DNA of 64,000 nt from Candidatus Babeliales bacterium (GTDB taxonomy: Bacteria > Babelota > Babeliae > Babelales > Chromulinivoraceae): assembly GCA_018061805.1 (NCBI GenBank), contig JAGOTL010000003.1, positions 1,416 through 65,415 on the forward strand, read 5' to 3'. Below the pieces are notes generated by a model that searched no databases, had not been told where the DNA came from, and saw only the letters and a list, made by a program, of their open reading frames with translations. Made by a program: the position numbers and the translations under genes. Positions within the stretch are counted from its first letter, which is position 1. Every line of letters begins with the position of its first letter. Shown here one piece after another: positions 19,626-28,222 of the stretch.

Positions 19626-20192
19626 TTACAGCATCACTGACGTATACAATCCTGAAAACAAATGTGATATTATCCAAACGTACCCAATAGTAATAAAGAA
19701 ACCTACGTAGTCCATGTTGCATAAAAAAGCTATAGGGCGTAAGAAGCAATATATTATTTTTAAAGGCAGTGGAAATTGTTTAATATGTCCTTTGACGTCA
19801 AGGTCTTTTTGGCTAGGTATGGCATGAAATAAAATAGAATATCCTATCCAGCTGTTTACAGTAAAAATGAAGTTTGTCATAACAGAGCTGGTATAGTATG
19901 GTAAATCGTAAGGAGTATTTTCAATCAACATATTAGGTAATAAGATTAATGATCCTAAAATGCTATTAATCCATAATGGTCCCGTTGCAATTAAAAATGT
20001 AGCGGTTCCTGAATGGTTGGTAGTATTTTCATGGATAACATAACCTGCTGTTTTAGAACCTATATTAAAGTAATTTGCTGCAAATACTTTTACCTTATAC
20101 ATATCACAAAAAAATCGATGAGCTATTTCATGTATAATGACACCTGGAAATGTTAAAAATGCTATAAGTTCACCGGGAATTATAAATACCAT
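19626..20192 (-). CDS. Polytopic membrane protein with HExxH motif (putative intramembrane zincin, DUF3267-like)
   Basis: 188 aa with several TM segments. HEIAH sits at the end of the first TM segment (FPGVIIHEIAHRFF). Confidence 0.5.
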   Translation of the reverse strand: MVFIIPGELIAFLTFPGVIIHEIAHRFFCDMYKVKVFAANYFNIGSKTAGYVIHENTTNHSGTATFLIATGPLWINSILGSLILLPNMLIENTPYDLPYYTSSVMTNFIFTVNSWIGYSILFHAIPSQKDLDVKGHIKQFPLPLKIIYCFLRPIAFLCNMDYVGFFITIGYVWIISHLFSGLYTSVML

Positions 20193-20194
20193 CT

Positions 20195-20761
20195 TTAATC
20201 CTTTGGTAAATCTTGAATTTGTACATTTATATAATATTGTTTTGCTTGAGAATCGTAATTAAGGCCAGATAGGAAAAAGTTTTGCTTTGTCTCTGACAAA
20301 CAAGATTTGAGTGCGGCAACATCATCGTTACTTAATAAAATGCCGTTTAAAACACGAAACCCTAAAACAAACGTAGATGTGTATATATCAGTATCAGAGC
20401 TTGATAAGAAGCAAAGCTGAGCAACGAGAACACGTAAAGGGGTGTAAGAAGGATATGTGTCTAGCAGCTTTAATGCATTATTGAGAGCATCGTTGTACAT
20501 TTTAGCGGATTTTTTTAGGGTAATGTTTTTCATTGCGCGATTGTACATTTGCCACCCTGAGGTGCAATTAATATAAAAATAGGTGCTGCTAAAAATAAAA
20601 CAAAACAAGATAAAGGCCGCAAATATTTTTATAAGAACAGGGTATTGATGTGGTACAAGTACGGGATGATCGAAGGTGTTTTTTACTTTTTGAATATCAG
20701 TATCAAGATTTGAAAATGGAATATTCTGAGTAGGTTGAGTATGTGTATGTTGTTGTTCCAT
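20195..20761 (-). CDS. Single-pass membrane protein of unknown function
   Basis: Start taken at MEQQHTH (ATG 20761, AGGG RBS). One TM segment (LIKIFAAFILFCFIFSSTYFY). 2-nt gap to the downstream HExxH gene. Confidence 0.55.
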   Translation of the reverse strand: MEQQHTHTQPTQNIPFSNLDTDIQKVKNTFDHPVLVPHQYPVLIKIFAAFILFCFIFSSTYFYINCTSGWQMYNRAMKNITLKKSAKMYNDALNNALKLLDTYPSYTPLRVLVAQLCFLSSSDTDIYTSTFVLGFRVLNGILLSNDDVAALKSCLSETKQNFFLSGLNYDSQAKQYYINVQIQDLPKD

Positions 20762-20854
20762 GTAAACCCTTTTTTGCGTTAGACAAGAACACATGTACCC
20801 CTTGAATCTCTTATTGCTTTTTAATTCTTTGGGGTTCGCTATATGTCTCTATAC

Positions 20855-22351
20855 TTATGATGCAAAGCTTAAGTTAACCCTAGAGAGCAAGTATTTAATG
20901 TCGTCATCTGCAAATCTTATACCAACACCCCAGAATGATGATGCGTTATCACTTACAAAGTCATCAAAACCAAACGTTGTATAAATGTTGTTAAACAAGA
21001 ATATTCTGTTGATCCATTTTAAATGGGGACGACGTTCAGTATTGAGTTGTAACCGTTGAATACCGCTAAAGTCAAACATTTCAAATGATGTGATCCATGA
21101 AAGAGATTTATTGGTGATTGGAATAAAGTAATCAGCACCAACACCAAATGTTCCTTCAAATAAACCAATACGCATAGCAAAGTTGTTATAAATTTTACCG
21201 AATTGGAAACCATATGCATACATTTGACGATGTTGTCTAATGGTTAAAGGTGCATGCATTCTACGGTTTAATGAAGCGATTTCATCAGATGGATCTGGAG
21301 ATATTTCATCATATGGTATTTCTTCATAGGTGTTGAGTCGAGAGTTGCAGTAGGTGTTATAAATATAATCCCTGCTTCCAAACCCACGCTCAGATGTTGC
21401 TATTTGACCTAGATAAAACGAATTATTGCTGGTGTGAATTCGTACGTTAAAATAACCTTTTGATGTTGTAAATTTAAATTGGTCAACTGGGCGATGTAAA
21501 TTTTCAGCATGAGCATCTAAAACAACGCTCATAGTTTCAATTTTTGATAGATAATTTTTAACGCCACTTACCGCTGTTTTGATGTCGCGATACATATCAT
21601 CTTCGTTGATAAGTTTACCAAGTAAGCCTTTACCTTCATCCAATTTTTGTGAAATTGATGAGAAGGTGCTAAATGTTTCGTGTGCTTCATCTGCAGCTTT
21701 TGTAATGGTATCAGCAGATGTGTGAATGTTATCAATTACATTTTTGATACTATCTTGGTTGTCGCCAATTGCATTATCAAGTGATGTTGATAAGCGTTCT
21801 ATTTTTGCAGATGCGCTTGATAAGTTTTCAACAAGTGATCGTAGTTGTTCTGTTTTTTCAGGTCCAGCAAAGGCTTCTTTCATGCTGTCTGTTACTTGTT
21901 CTACGTGTGATGCAATGTTTTTGAATTTTTGCAGTAATTCATCAATCGAAACAGCTTCACGGCCCGGACGAGCAAGTGTTTTACCAGAGCGTAACTTTGG
22001 AAGCATTGGGTCGCCGGGTATAAGTTCTAAATATTTAGTCCCGATTAAACCATCTTGTCGTACAACGGCATACGCATTGTCATATAAAGCATACTTGGTG
22101 CTAACCATGATCTGAGCTTGTGCTTTACCTGTATTGTTTAACTCGATGCTTTCTACCCATCCAACTTTAACACCAGCTATTTTGACTTCTGCTTTTTTTG
22201 AAAGGCCAGAAACGTCATCAAAGGAAACAGTGTATGGAGCGTATCCTGATGCTGAAAATCTAAATGCACCAATACCAATAGTCATAACGACAAATATTGT
22301 TATCGCAAGAATGACAAAGACGCCAACCTTGGTTTCAGTTTTAATCTGCAA
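20855..22351 (-). CDS. MCE/MlaD-domain protein with helical linker and beta-rich C-terminal extension
   Basis: N-terminal TM plus MCE domain (VSFDDVSGLSKKAEVKIAGVKVGWVESIEL...VRQDGLIGTKYLELIPG). Helical region with GLLGKLINEDDMY. The last ~210 aa have an alternating aromatic/hydrophobic beta pattern. Confidence 0.8.
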   Translation of the reverse strand: MQIKTETKVGVFVILAITIFVVMTIGIGAFRFSASGYAPYTVSFDDVSGLSKKAEVKIAGVKVGWVESIELNNTGKAQAQIMVSTKYALYDNAYAVVRQDGLIGTKYLELIPGDPMLPKLRSGKTLARPGREAVSIDELLQKFKNIASHVEQVTDSMKEAFAGPEKTEQLRSLVENLSSASAKIERLSTSLDNAIGDNQDSIKNVIDNIHTSADTITKAADEAHETFSTFSSISQKLDEGKGLLGKLINEDDMYRDIKTAVSGVKNYLSKIETMSVVLDAHAENLHRPVDQFKFTTSKGYFNVRIHTSNNSFYLGQIATSERGFGSRDYIYNTYCNSRLNTYEEIPYDEISPDPSDEIASLNRRMHAPLTIRQHRQMYAYGFQFGKIYNNFAMRIGLFEGTFGVGADYFIPITNKSLSWITSFEMFDFSGIQRLQLNTERRPHLKWINRIFLFNNIYTTFGFDDFVSDNASSFWGVGIRFADDDIKYLLSRVNLSFAS

Positions 22352-22363
22352 AATATTCTCCGT

Positions 22364-23395
22364 TTAAATTTGACTTGTTTTAATAGTATCAAAACGCATC
22401 AAATGTTGTTTGCTGTTTACTTTTACTATAGTAAAGATTGATGAATTTGTCTCTCCTATCTTTGCTTTAAGTAACAAGGAGAATATATTCGCTTCATACT
22501 GTGTCGTCAATATTGATTTTATATCTTGTGCCAGATCCTTATACTCTTTGTTGTAAAAAGGCTGTAAAAAAAGGTTCCAATCGCTATCCCATTTTGCAGA
22601 ATCTTTAAATTTTTCAATTATTTTTTTTAACTCTTCTGTTTCCAAATTTTGTTTTGGGTTGAGTTCTAAAATAACGCACCATGAATGCGAAAAGAGCCAA
22701 GGAGATATAGTGTCTTGTTCGGTGCATACGGTAAAAATATCAGTCAGATATATCTTTTTGTTGAATTGTGGATCTGATGGATCGACATACACAGCATCTG
22801 CAAATTGGTCTTTAAATTCTTTTATGGACAGTAATTCTGTGACATCATACACGGGAGTTTTGCGATTGCTGATAAATTGCTCAAACGGTTCCATCAGAGA
22901 TTTTTGGCCTGTGATAGCAGCTATGCGTCCAAATAACCACGTACATATTTTTTTGCGATCATCTGGTTGACCTTGATGTACAAACTTTTTATTTTTGATG
23001 TCAAATAAGCTGTTCAAATTAAGTTTGCCTTGTTCTGATTGCAAAAATAGAGCAAGAGAACCATTAATGCCATCATGTTCCTGTGTCAGTGATATTGTTT
23101 TTTCTTTGTTAAAATAAGGATAAATTTTAAGCATTGTTTGTTGGACAACAGATTGTTTTGTTTGATCTTTTTTTTGAGTGTCAGATTCTTCTTTTTTTTC
23201 TTGTTCTGGTGTCATAAGTGCTTGTATGAACGCAACGCCACTTTCTGATATCAAAAGTGCTTGCTGCTGTTGCATCATTTGGCGCATTACTTTTTGATAT
23301 ACCACAACTTTGCCAAAAGATATCGCAATAAGCACACTGCAGACAGATAAAATGCTAAACAGTAAAAATAAAATATAACCTTTTTGTTTGTGCAT
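22364..23395 (-). CDS. GspK-like minor pseudopilin
   Basis: 343 aa. N-terminal hydrophobic helix after MHKQKG, without the conserved Glu5. Last pseudopilin position in the operon, and size typical of GspK. Confidence 0.55.
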   Translation of the reverse strand: MHKQKGYILFLLFSILSVCSVLIAISFGKVVVYQKVMRQMMQQQQALLISESGVAFIQALMTPEQEKKEESDTQKKDQTKQSVVQQTMLKIYPYFNKEKTISLTQEHDGINGSLALFLQSEQGKLNLNSLFDIKNKKFVHQGQPDDRKKICTWLFGRIAAITGQKSLMEPFEQFISNRKTPVYDVTELLSIKEFKDQFADAVYVDPSDPQFNKKIYLTDIFTVCTEQDTISPWLFSHSWCVILELNPKQNLETEELKKIIEKFKDSAKWDSDWNLFLQPFYNKEYKDLAQDIKSILTTQYEANIFSLLLKAKIGETNSSIFTIVKVNSKQHLMRFDTIKTSQI

Positions 23396-23398
23396 AGA

Positions 23399-24343
23399 TT
23401 ATCCTTGTGTTGTAGCTACGGTAATTTCTGTGTGAGATGCGTTACTATCTTTTGGAGCAGGAGATTCTTTTGGTAAAGTTTTAGCCGTATTATTTTTATC
23501 TATTTTGACCAGTTCAAAAGGCTTTTCTTTGCAAACAGGTATCATGCAATAAGATTCATAATCAAATGTTTTTTGATCAGCTTTGCGTATAAGAGTTATT
23601 TTGATACGTACCGCATCAGGCATGGTAGGGATGTAATTTTCACTCGATGTTTTATCAGAGCTGCCCCATGAAGAAACCCATTTTAAGGTCCATGGATCAT
23701 CAGGGTTTTTCTTGCGCTCTTCGGGTGATTTTTCGATGAATCCATATTCAATCTGTATCGATTGCACGGACGATACAATGGTATAAAAATCTCCGCCCAT
23801 TATTTTTTCAGGATCTATGTATGGGCTTATCGAAGTTTCTTCTTTGCGTTGTATCATAAACGCAGAGGGTTGATTTGGGTCAGATACTACTTTGTATACA
23901 ACGCGTACAGATTGTTGCCCTTGTGCAGGATATGTCTGCATAGGATTTGAAGTTATAAACGTTATGTAATCAAAATGCTTTTGGTCTTTTTTTTCAGGGG
24001 CATATAAAAAAAGAGCTTTTAGACCTTGCTCATTTTGCTGCGTAGTTTCTGCAGGATTGCTATCTTTGGGTTTTTCTTGCTCTTTAGCATTTTGATTCGG
24101 TTCTTTAGGTGTTTCTTCAGATGGTTTTTGTGCAAGCCATAATGGGTATAAGCCTGCAAGATCTTGAGTAATTCGATTATGAAAAATCATGATCGCGCTG
24201 TCATTGGTTGCGATAAGATCTACCTTGTTTACGCCTTTGTTTATTTGATTATAAATAGTCAGAGCTGCGGTCATAAGCATAGCAGAAAGCATCATGCTGA
24301 TTAACATTTCGATGACTGAAAAACCAGATTGCTTGTTCATCAT
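23399..24343 (-). CDS. Minor pseudopilin (GspJ-like)
   Basis: Prepilin-type N-terminus MMNKQSG/FSVIEMLISMMLSAML. ATGA overlap with the upstream gene. Confidence 0.7.
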   Translation of the reverse strand: MMNKQSGFSVIEMLISMMLSAMLMTAALTIYNQINKGVNKVDLIATNDSAIMIFHNRITQDLAGLYPLWLAQKPSEETPKEPNQNAKEQEKPKDSNPAETTQQNEQGLKALFLYAPEKKDQKHFDYITFITSNPMQTYPAQGQQSVRVVYKVVSDPNQPSAFMIQRKEETSISPYIDPEKIMGGDFYTIVSSVQSIQIEYGFIEKSPEERKKNPDDPWTLKWVSSWGSSDKTSSENYIPTMPDAVRIKITLIRKADQKTFDYESYCMIPVCKEKPFELVKIDKNNTAKTLPKESPAPKDSNASHTEITVATTQG

Positions 24344-24813
24344 TGCCCTTTTGCAGCCGGTTGATTGGTATCAGTATTGTTTTTATTTTTATCATCGTTT
24401 TTTATCGTAGGAATGTATGCAAACGTATGTATTACTTTGGTGCTATCGTTTGTTTTTTGTGTGATATGTACTGCGCGGATATGTTTTGAAAATGGCTTAT
24501 AAAGCTCTGATTTTTCTGCAATAGGATGTAGCGTTAAAGTTATAGTTTCTTGCGGGTTTTTATGTTCTACAGATACAGACAAAGCGTTAACGTCTTCTTT
24601 GCGTATAGTAGCTTGTAAAATTTTATTGTTGAGTTGATACAGCAAATAGTTCATATCGTAACTGGGTTGTAACGCGGTGTGAGTTTTAAAGACTTTTGAC
24701 GTTATATTTGCTTGTACTAAAAAAATAGATGTCCCAAAGACTGCCAGAAGCGTTAGGGCAATCATCATTTCAATAAATGAAAAACCAGTATTTTTATTTT
24801 TGAAAGGTATCAT
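24340..24813 (-). CDS. Minor pseudopilin (GspI-like)
   Basis: Prepilin-type N-terminus ...KNKNTG/FSFIEMMIALTLLAVFG. 157 aa. Confidence 0.7.
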   Translation of the reverse strand: MIPFKNKNTGFSFIEMMIALTLLAVFGTSIFLVQANITSKVFKTHTALQPSYDMNYLLYQLNNKILQATIRKEDVNALSVSVEHKNPQETITLTLHPIAEKSELYKPFSKHIRAVHITQKTNDSTKVIHTFAYIPTIKNDDKNKNNTDTNQPAAKGQ

Positions 24814-25336
24814 GAAAGGTTGCCTGACTGTAAAAAGGATTTACGGTGATACTAAATTGAGGCGCTTTGTCTTCTAGTTCATCAATGATGTTAATCGTGA
24901 CAGGTTGGCTATTGCCATCGGGCATGATATAAAACCATGCATCTTGTAGTGATCCTGATGCAAATTCATCTTTGCCTTGGACAATAAAATTACGTACATT
25001 CATACGTTCTGGTACTTGTATTGTGCTTGTAAAAAGTGATGTTGGAACAGGTTCAAACTGTTTTCCAGGATTTTTTTCGTCACTATTTTTGACATGTTTT
25101 TTAACAAAAATTTTGTGTTCGTTAAAGCTCCACACAACTTGATGTACTGTTTTGGTAATGACAGCTTGTTGCATAGTTTCAGTTACCAGTGTTGCAAATT
25201 CTGTAAACAGTTCCTTTTGAGCTTTTCTTGGTTTGTTTGTAATAAATCGAGGAACTGCAAAAGACATAAAAATAGATATCATGAGTAAAAGAACAAGGAT
25301 CTCGATAAACGAGATCCCTGATGTTTTATTTTGCAT
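24794..25336 (-). CDS. Minor pseudopilin (GspH-like)
   Basis: Prepilin-type N-terminus MQNKTSG/ISFIEILVLLLMISIF. Start uncertain (ATG 25336, 25348 or 25384); 25336 gives a typical short leader. Confidence 0.65.
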   Translation of the reverse strand: MQNKTSGISFIEILVLLLMISIFMSFAVPRFITNKPRKAQKELFTEFATLVTETMQQAVITKTVHQVVWSFNEHKIFVKKHVKNSDEKNPGKQFEPVPTSLFTSTIQVPERMNVRNFIVQGKDEFASGSLQDAWFYIMPDGNSQPVTINIIDELEDKAPQFSITVNPFYSQATFHDTFQK

Positions 25337-25745
25337 AAATGCGTGCATCTTCTTTGTCTGGATCGCCAAGTGAATATAATTCAAATGGAGGGTTTATGCC
25401 TTTTTCATTTAATTTATAAACTAAATCTTGTCCCCAAGCATCTTTTGGCAATTCAGCGTTTTTATCTTCGTCACCTACGTATGGTCCTTGCCAGCCCGAA
25501 GCGTTTTCAGATTTTTTAACTAAATCAACTAATGCTGCTGGGTATGTACCAACATCGATTTTATAATTTTTAAGTGCATCTTTTACAACTTTGAGTGTGT
25601 TTGCTGTCGCAGTTGAACGACCACGGCCGAGCAGACCCATAACGCGAGGCCCTATAAGACCTGCTATGATACCAATAATCACCAAAGCAACCATCATCTC
25701 AATAAAGTTAAAACCTGGTTGTAGATTGTTATTTTTATATGTCAT
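25326..25745 (-). CDS. gspG: Type II secretion major pseudopilin GspG
   Basis: Leader ...NLQPG/FNFIEMMVALVIIGIIAGL. GspG body pattern YKIDVGTYP...GWQGPYV...DAWGQDLVY...YSLGDPDKED. AAAGGA RBS. Confidence 0.85.
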   Translation of the reverse strand: MTYKNNNLQPGFNFIEMMVALVIIGIIAGLIGPRVMGLLGRGRSTATANTLKVVKDALKNYKIDVGTYPAALVDLVKKSENASGWQGPYVGDEDKNAELPKDAWGQDLVYKLNEKGINPPFELYSLGDPDKEDARIYAK

Positions 25746-25766
25746 AAAATCCTTTCATCGTTTTTT

Positions 25767-26981
25767 TTAAACACCTGACATTTCATACATGCCAAGAATT
25801 GGTCCCATAACTGCCCACATAATAAAACCAACAACACCCGCCATAACAAATGTCATGATTGTCGGTATGTTATCAGTTAGTCTATCAGTTAAATCAGTTA
25901 ACTCTACTTCATAATTACGAGCAACTGTTAAAAGCATTTCGTCAAGTTTGCCGCTTTGTTCACCTGTGTTGATGAGGTATATTGCCATAGGAGGAAATAG
26001 ACCTGTTTCTTTTAAGAATGGAGTAATTTTACCTTGTTTGATAATTTTATCACGCGCTTGTTGCAAGGTTTCAAGAAGTACGGTGTTATCAATAATATCA
26101 CACACAATATCTAAAGCATTGGACAAATTAACACCACCCTCAAGAAGCATTCCTAGTGTGTTACTAAATTGTACAATCGCGCTGGTTCGTGCGAAATATT
26201 TGATTCCGGGTATTTTTAAAATAATGGCATCCATTGTTCTTTTGCCCGATGGAGTACTGTGCCAATATTGAAATGCAACAGCAATTCCCAAAATAGAAAG
26301 TAATAGATAAAGCCAATAGTTGGTGACAATGTACGAACCATTAAGGAGTAATTGTGTTGCAAAAGGAAGTTCTTGGCCAGTCGATTTGAGCATGCCTTGT
26401 AGGTTTGGAATAACGACAAGCATGATCACAACTACGACAACGACGATAACGCCGATTTGCACTAACGGGTAAAATAGAGCGCCACTTACTTTTTTCTGAA
26501 TCTCTTCTTGGCGTTGTAAGTAGGTGGTGAGTCGTTCTAAAATAGTTTCAAGTTTACCGCTGGCTTCTCCTGCGCGTACGAGTTGTATGTAAATTTTGGT
26601 AAAAGTTTTAGGGTAAGTTGCTAAGCCATCAGCTAAAGATTTACCTTCTTTGACACCGTCTTTAAGGCTGATAATAATTGAACGAAGTTTACCGGTAAAT
26701 TGTTCTGATAAAAGTTCAAGAGCTTGAAGTAGGGGCACTCCAGAACGCAAAAGTACGGCAAGTTGTTTGGTAAAAAAAACAAGATCGTTTACAGACACAG
26801 GTGTTTCAAAAAGCGAAGCAATAAATGATGCACCAGATTGTTCATCTTGTTGGCGTATTTCAACGGGGTACAATCCTTTAGTTGTTAATTGAGAACGAAT
26901 TGCTTCTGGAGATGCTCCGTCCAGATAACCGCTTATTTTTTTTCCTTCTTTTGATAAGGCTTTGTAAAAATAGAGCGCCAT
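25767..26981 (-). CDS. gspF: Type II secretion/type IV pilus platform protein GspF/PilC family
   Basis: 404 aa. Duplicated GspF domain with three TM segments (FTKQLAVLLRSGVPLLQAL...; ...FSNTLGMLLEGGVNLSNAL...). Confidence 0.9.
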   Translation of the reverse strand: MALYFYKALSKEGKKISGYLDGASPEAIRSQLTTKGLYPVEIRQQDEQSGASFIASLFETPVSVNDLVFFTKQLAVLLRSGVPLLQALELLSEQFTGKLRSIIISLKDGVKEGKSLADGLATYPKTFTKIYIQLVRAGEASGKLETILERLTTYLQRQEEIQKKVSGALFYPLVQIGVIVVVVVVIMLVVIPNLQGMLKSTGQELPFATQLLLNGSYIVTNYWLYLLLSILGIAVAFQYWHSTPSGKRTMDAIILKIPGIKYFARTSAIVQFSNTLGMLLEGGVNLSNALDIVCDIIDNTVLLETLQQARDKIIKQGKITPFLKETGLFPPMAIYLINTGEQSGKLDEMLLTVARNYEVELTDLTDRLTDNIPTIMTFVMAGVVGFIMWAVMGPILGMYEMSGV

Positions 26982-27109
26982 AAAAATCGTCCTTTATATT
27001 TCTGGTCATCAATCTTGTAAAACTTTTATTTTACTTTTATGTTAAAATAATAAAATGAGTAATAGAATGTTAAAAGTAAAAAAGTAAGTCACTGCGGGGG
27101 ATATTGTTT

Positions 27110-28186
27110 ATGAATGTTAAATTAATGCCACACGTACTTGCCATTGGTATAGTTTCTCACTTTACTAGTGTTGTATCGCAATCAACGGTAAAAGTCAAAA
27201 ATGATACAATGCAAACGGCAAAACAAATAGTTGTTGAAGAAAAACAAAGTAATCCAGTTGTTGTACAAGAAACCATATCAAACAGTGCGGCTTTAACGCG
27301 CCATGAAGTTGATCTGGTTACCTTTTTTTGTAAGCCTATTGATTTTACAGCTGAAGGAATAGCTTATTATTTTAAATATGTGTACAACCATCCAGAGTAT
27401 GTACATTATTTGCCATACAGCTTGTCGCACATGATTCAGTTTTTGGATTATGGTATTGCAAGTGGGCAAAATGAACAGTTTGCTGCATCAATTATCAAAA
27501 TGTTTATGCAAAAAATAAAAGCTGCACCATATATAGAAGCAGAATCTTTTGTAGAATTTATTCCTAAGTTGAGCAAGGCGATGCAGCCGTATCTTGAAAA
27601 AAAAGAAGCAAACATTGTTCAAGAAATGCAAATTGTGATTAAAGACAAATTGACACAGATTTTTTCAAAATATTTTTCATATTTCCAAAAAAATCCAGAT
27701 TCATTTATGACATCATTAGCAGAACAGATCGCTAAGCAAACAAACCAAAGTGTGACACAGCAACATATTGAAGTGCATCAGCTTAAAAAAGATATTTTAC
27801 GTTTCTTTGAACTGTGTGCCAATAAGCTTATTTGGTCATCCAAAGATGACTTACAGGTATGGTACAACTGTAATCGCATGGCGCATGAGTGTCAGATTTG
27901 CTTGGATAATAAAATGTTTTGCAATCAAAATGATTTAGATGATATGTGTTGGTCTTTGATTCATCGTTTTTGTTATTTTGTAGAGCTATCAGCTCATAAT
28001 TTATCTAAAGATTTTTATGCACAAGTATTGCACGATTTACAAACAAAGCCACTTAAGCTCGTAGCGCTTGAAGAGCAAGAAGATTTAATGACCAAGAAAA
28101 AAGATCATTTAATTCAGAAAATGCAGGTATGTAAAGATATGTGCAAAGGGTCTGAAGAGTTATGCATGTTGGTTAAACAACCGTAA
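27110..28186 (+). CDS. Secreted helical protein of unknown function, Cys-rich C-terminus
   Basis: ATG 27110 sits 10 nt after a GGGGG RBS. Signal-like MNVKLMPHVLAIGIVSHFTSVVS. No recognisable motif. Confidence 0.65.
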   Translation: MNVKLMPHVLAIGIVSHFTSVVSQSTVKVKNDTMQTAKQIVVEEKQSNPVVVQETISNSAALTRHEVDLVTFFCKPIDFTAEGIAYYFKYVYNHPEYVHYLPYSLSHMIQFLDYGIASGQNEQFAASIIKMFMQKIKAAPYIEAESFVEFIPKLSKAMQPYLEKKEANIVQEMQIVIKDKLTQIFSKYFSYFQKNPDSFMTSLAEQIAKQTNQSVTQQHIEVHQLKKDILRFFELCANKLIWSSKDDLQVWYNCNRMAHECQICLDNKMFCNQNDLDDMCWSLIHRFCYFVELSAHNLSKDFYAQVLHDLQTKPLKLVALEEQEDLMTKKKDHLIQKMQVCKDMCKGSEELCMLVKQP

Positions 28187-28222
28187 TTTTGCTCTTGTGT
28201 AAAATAATATTAGGAAAAAGAT

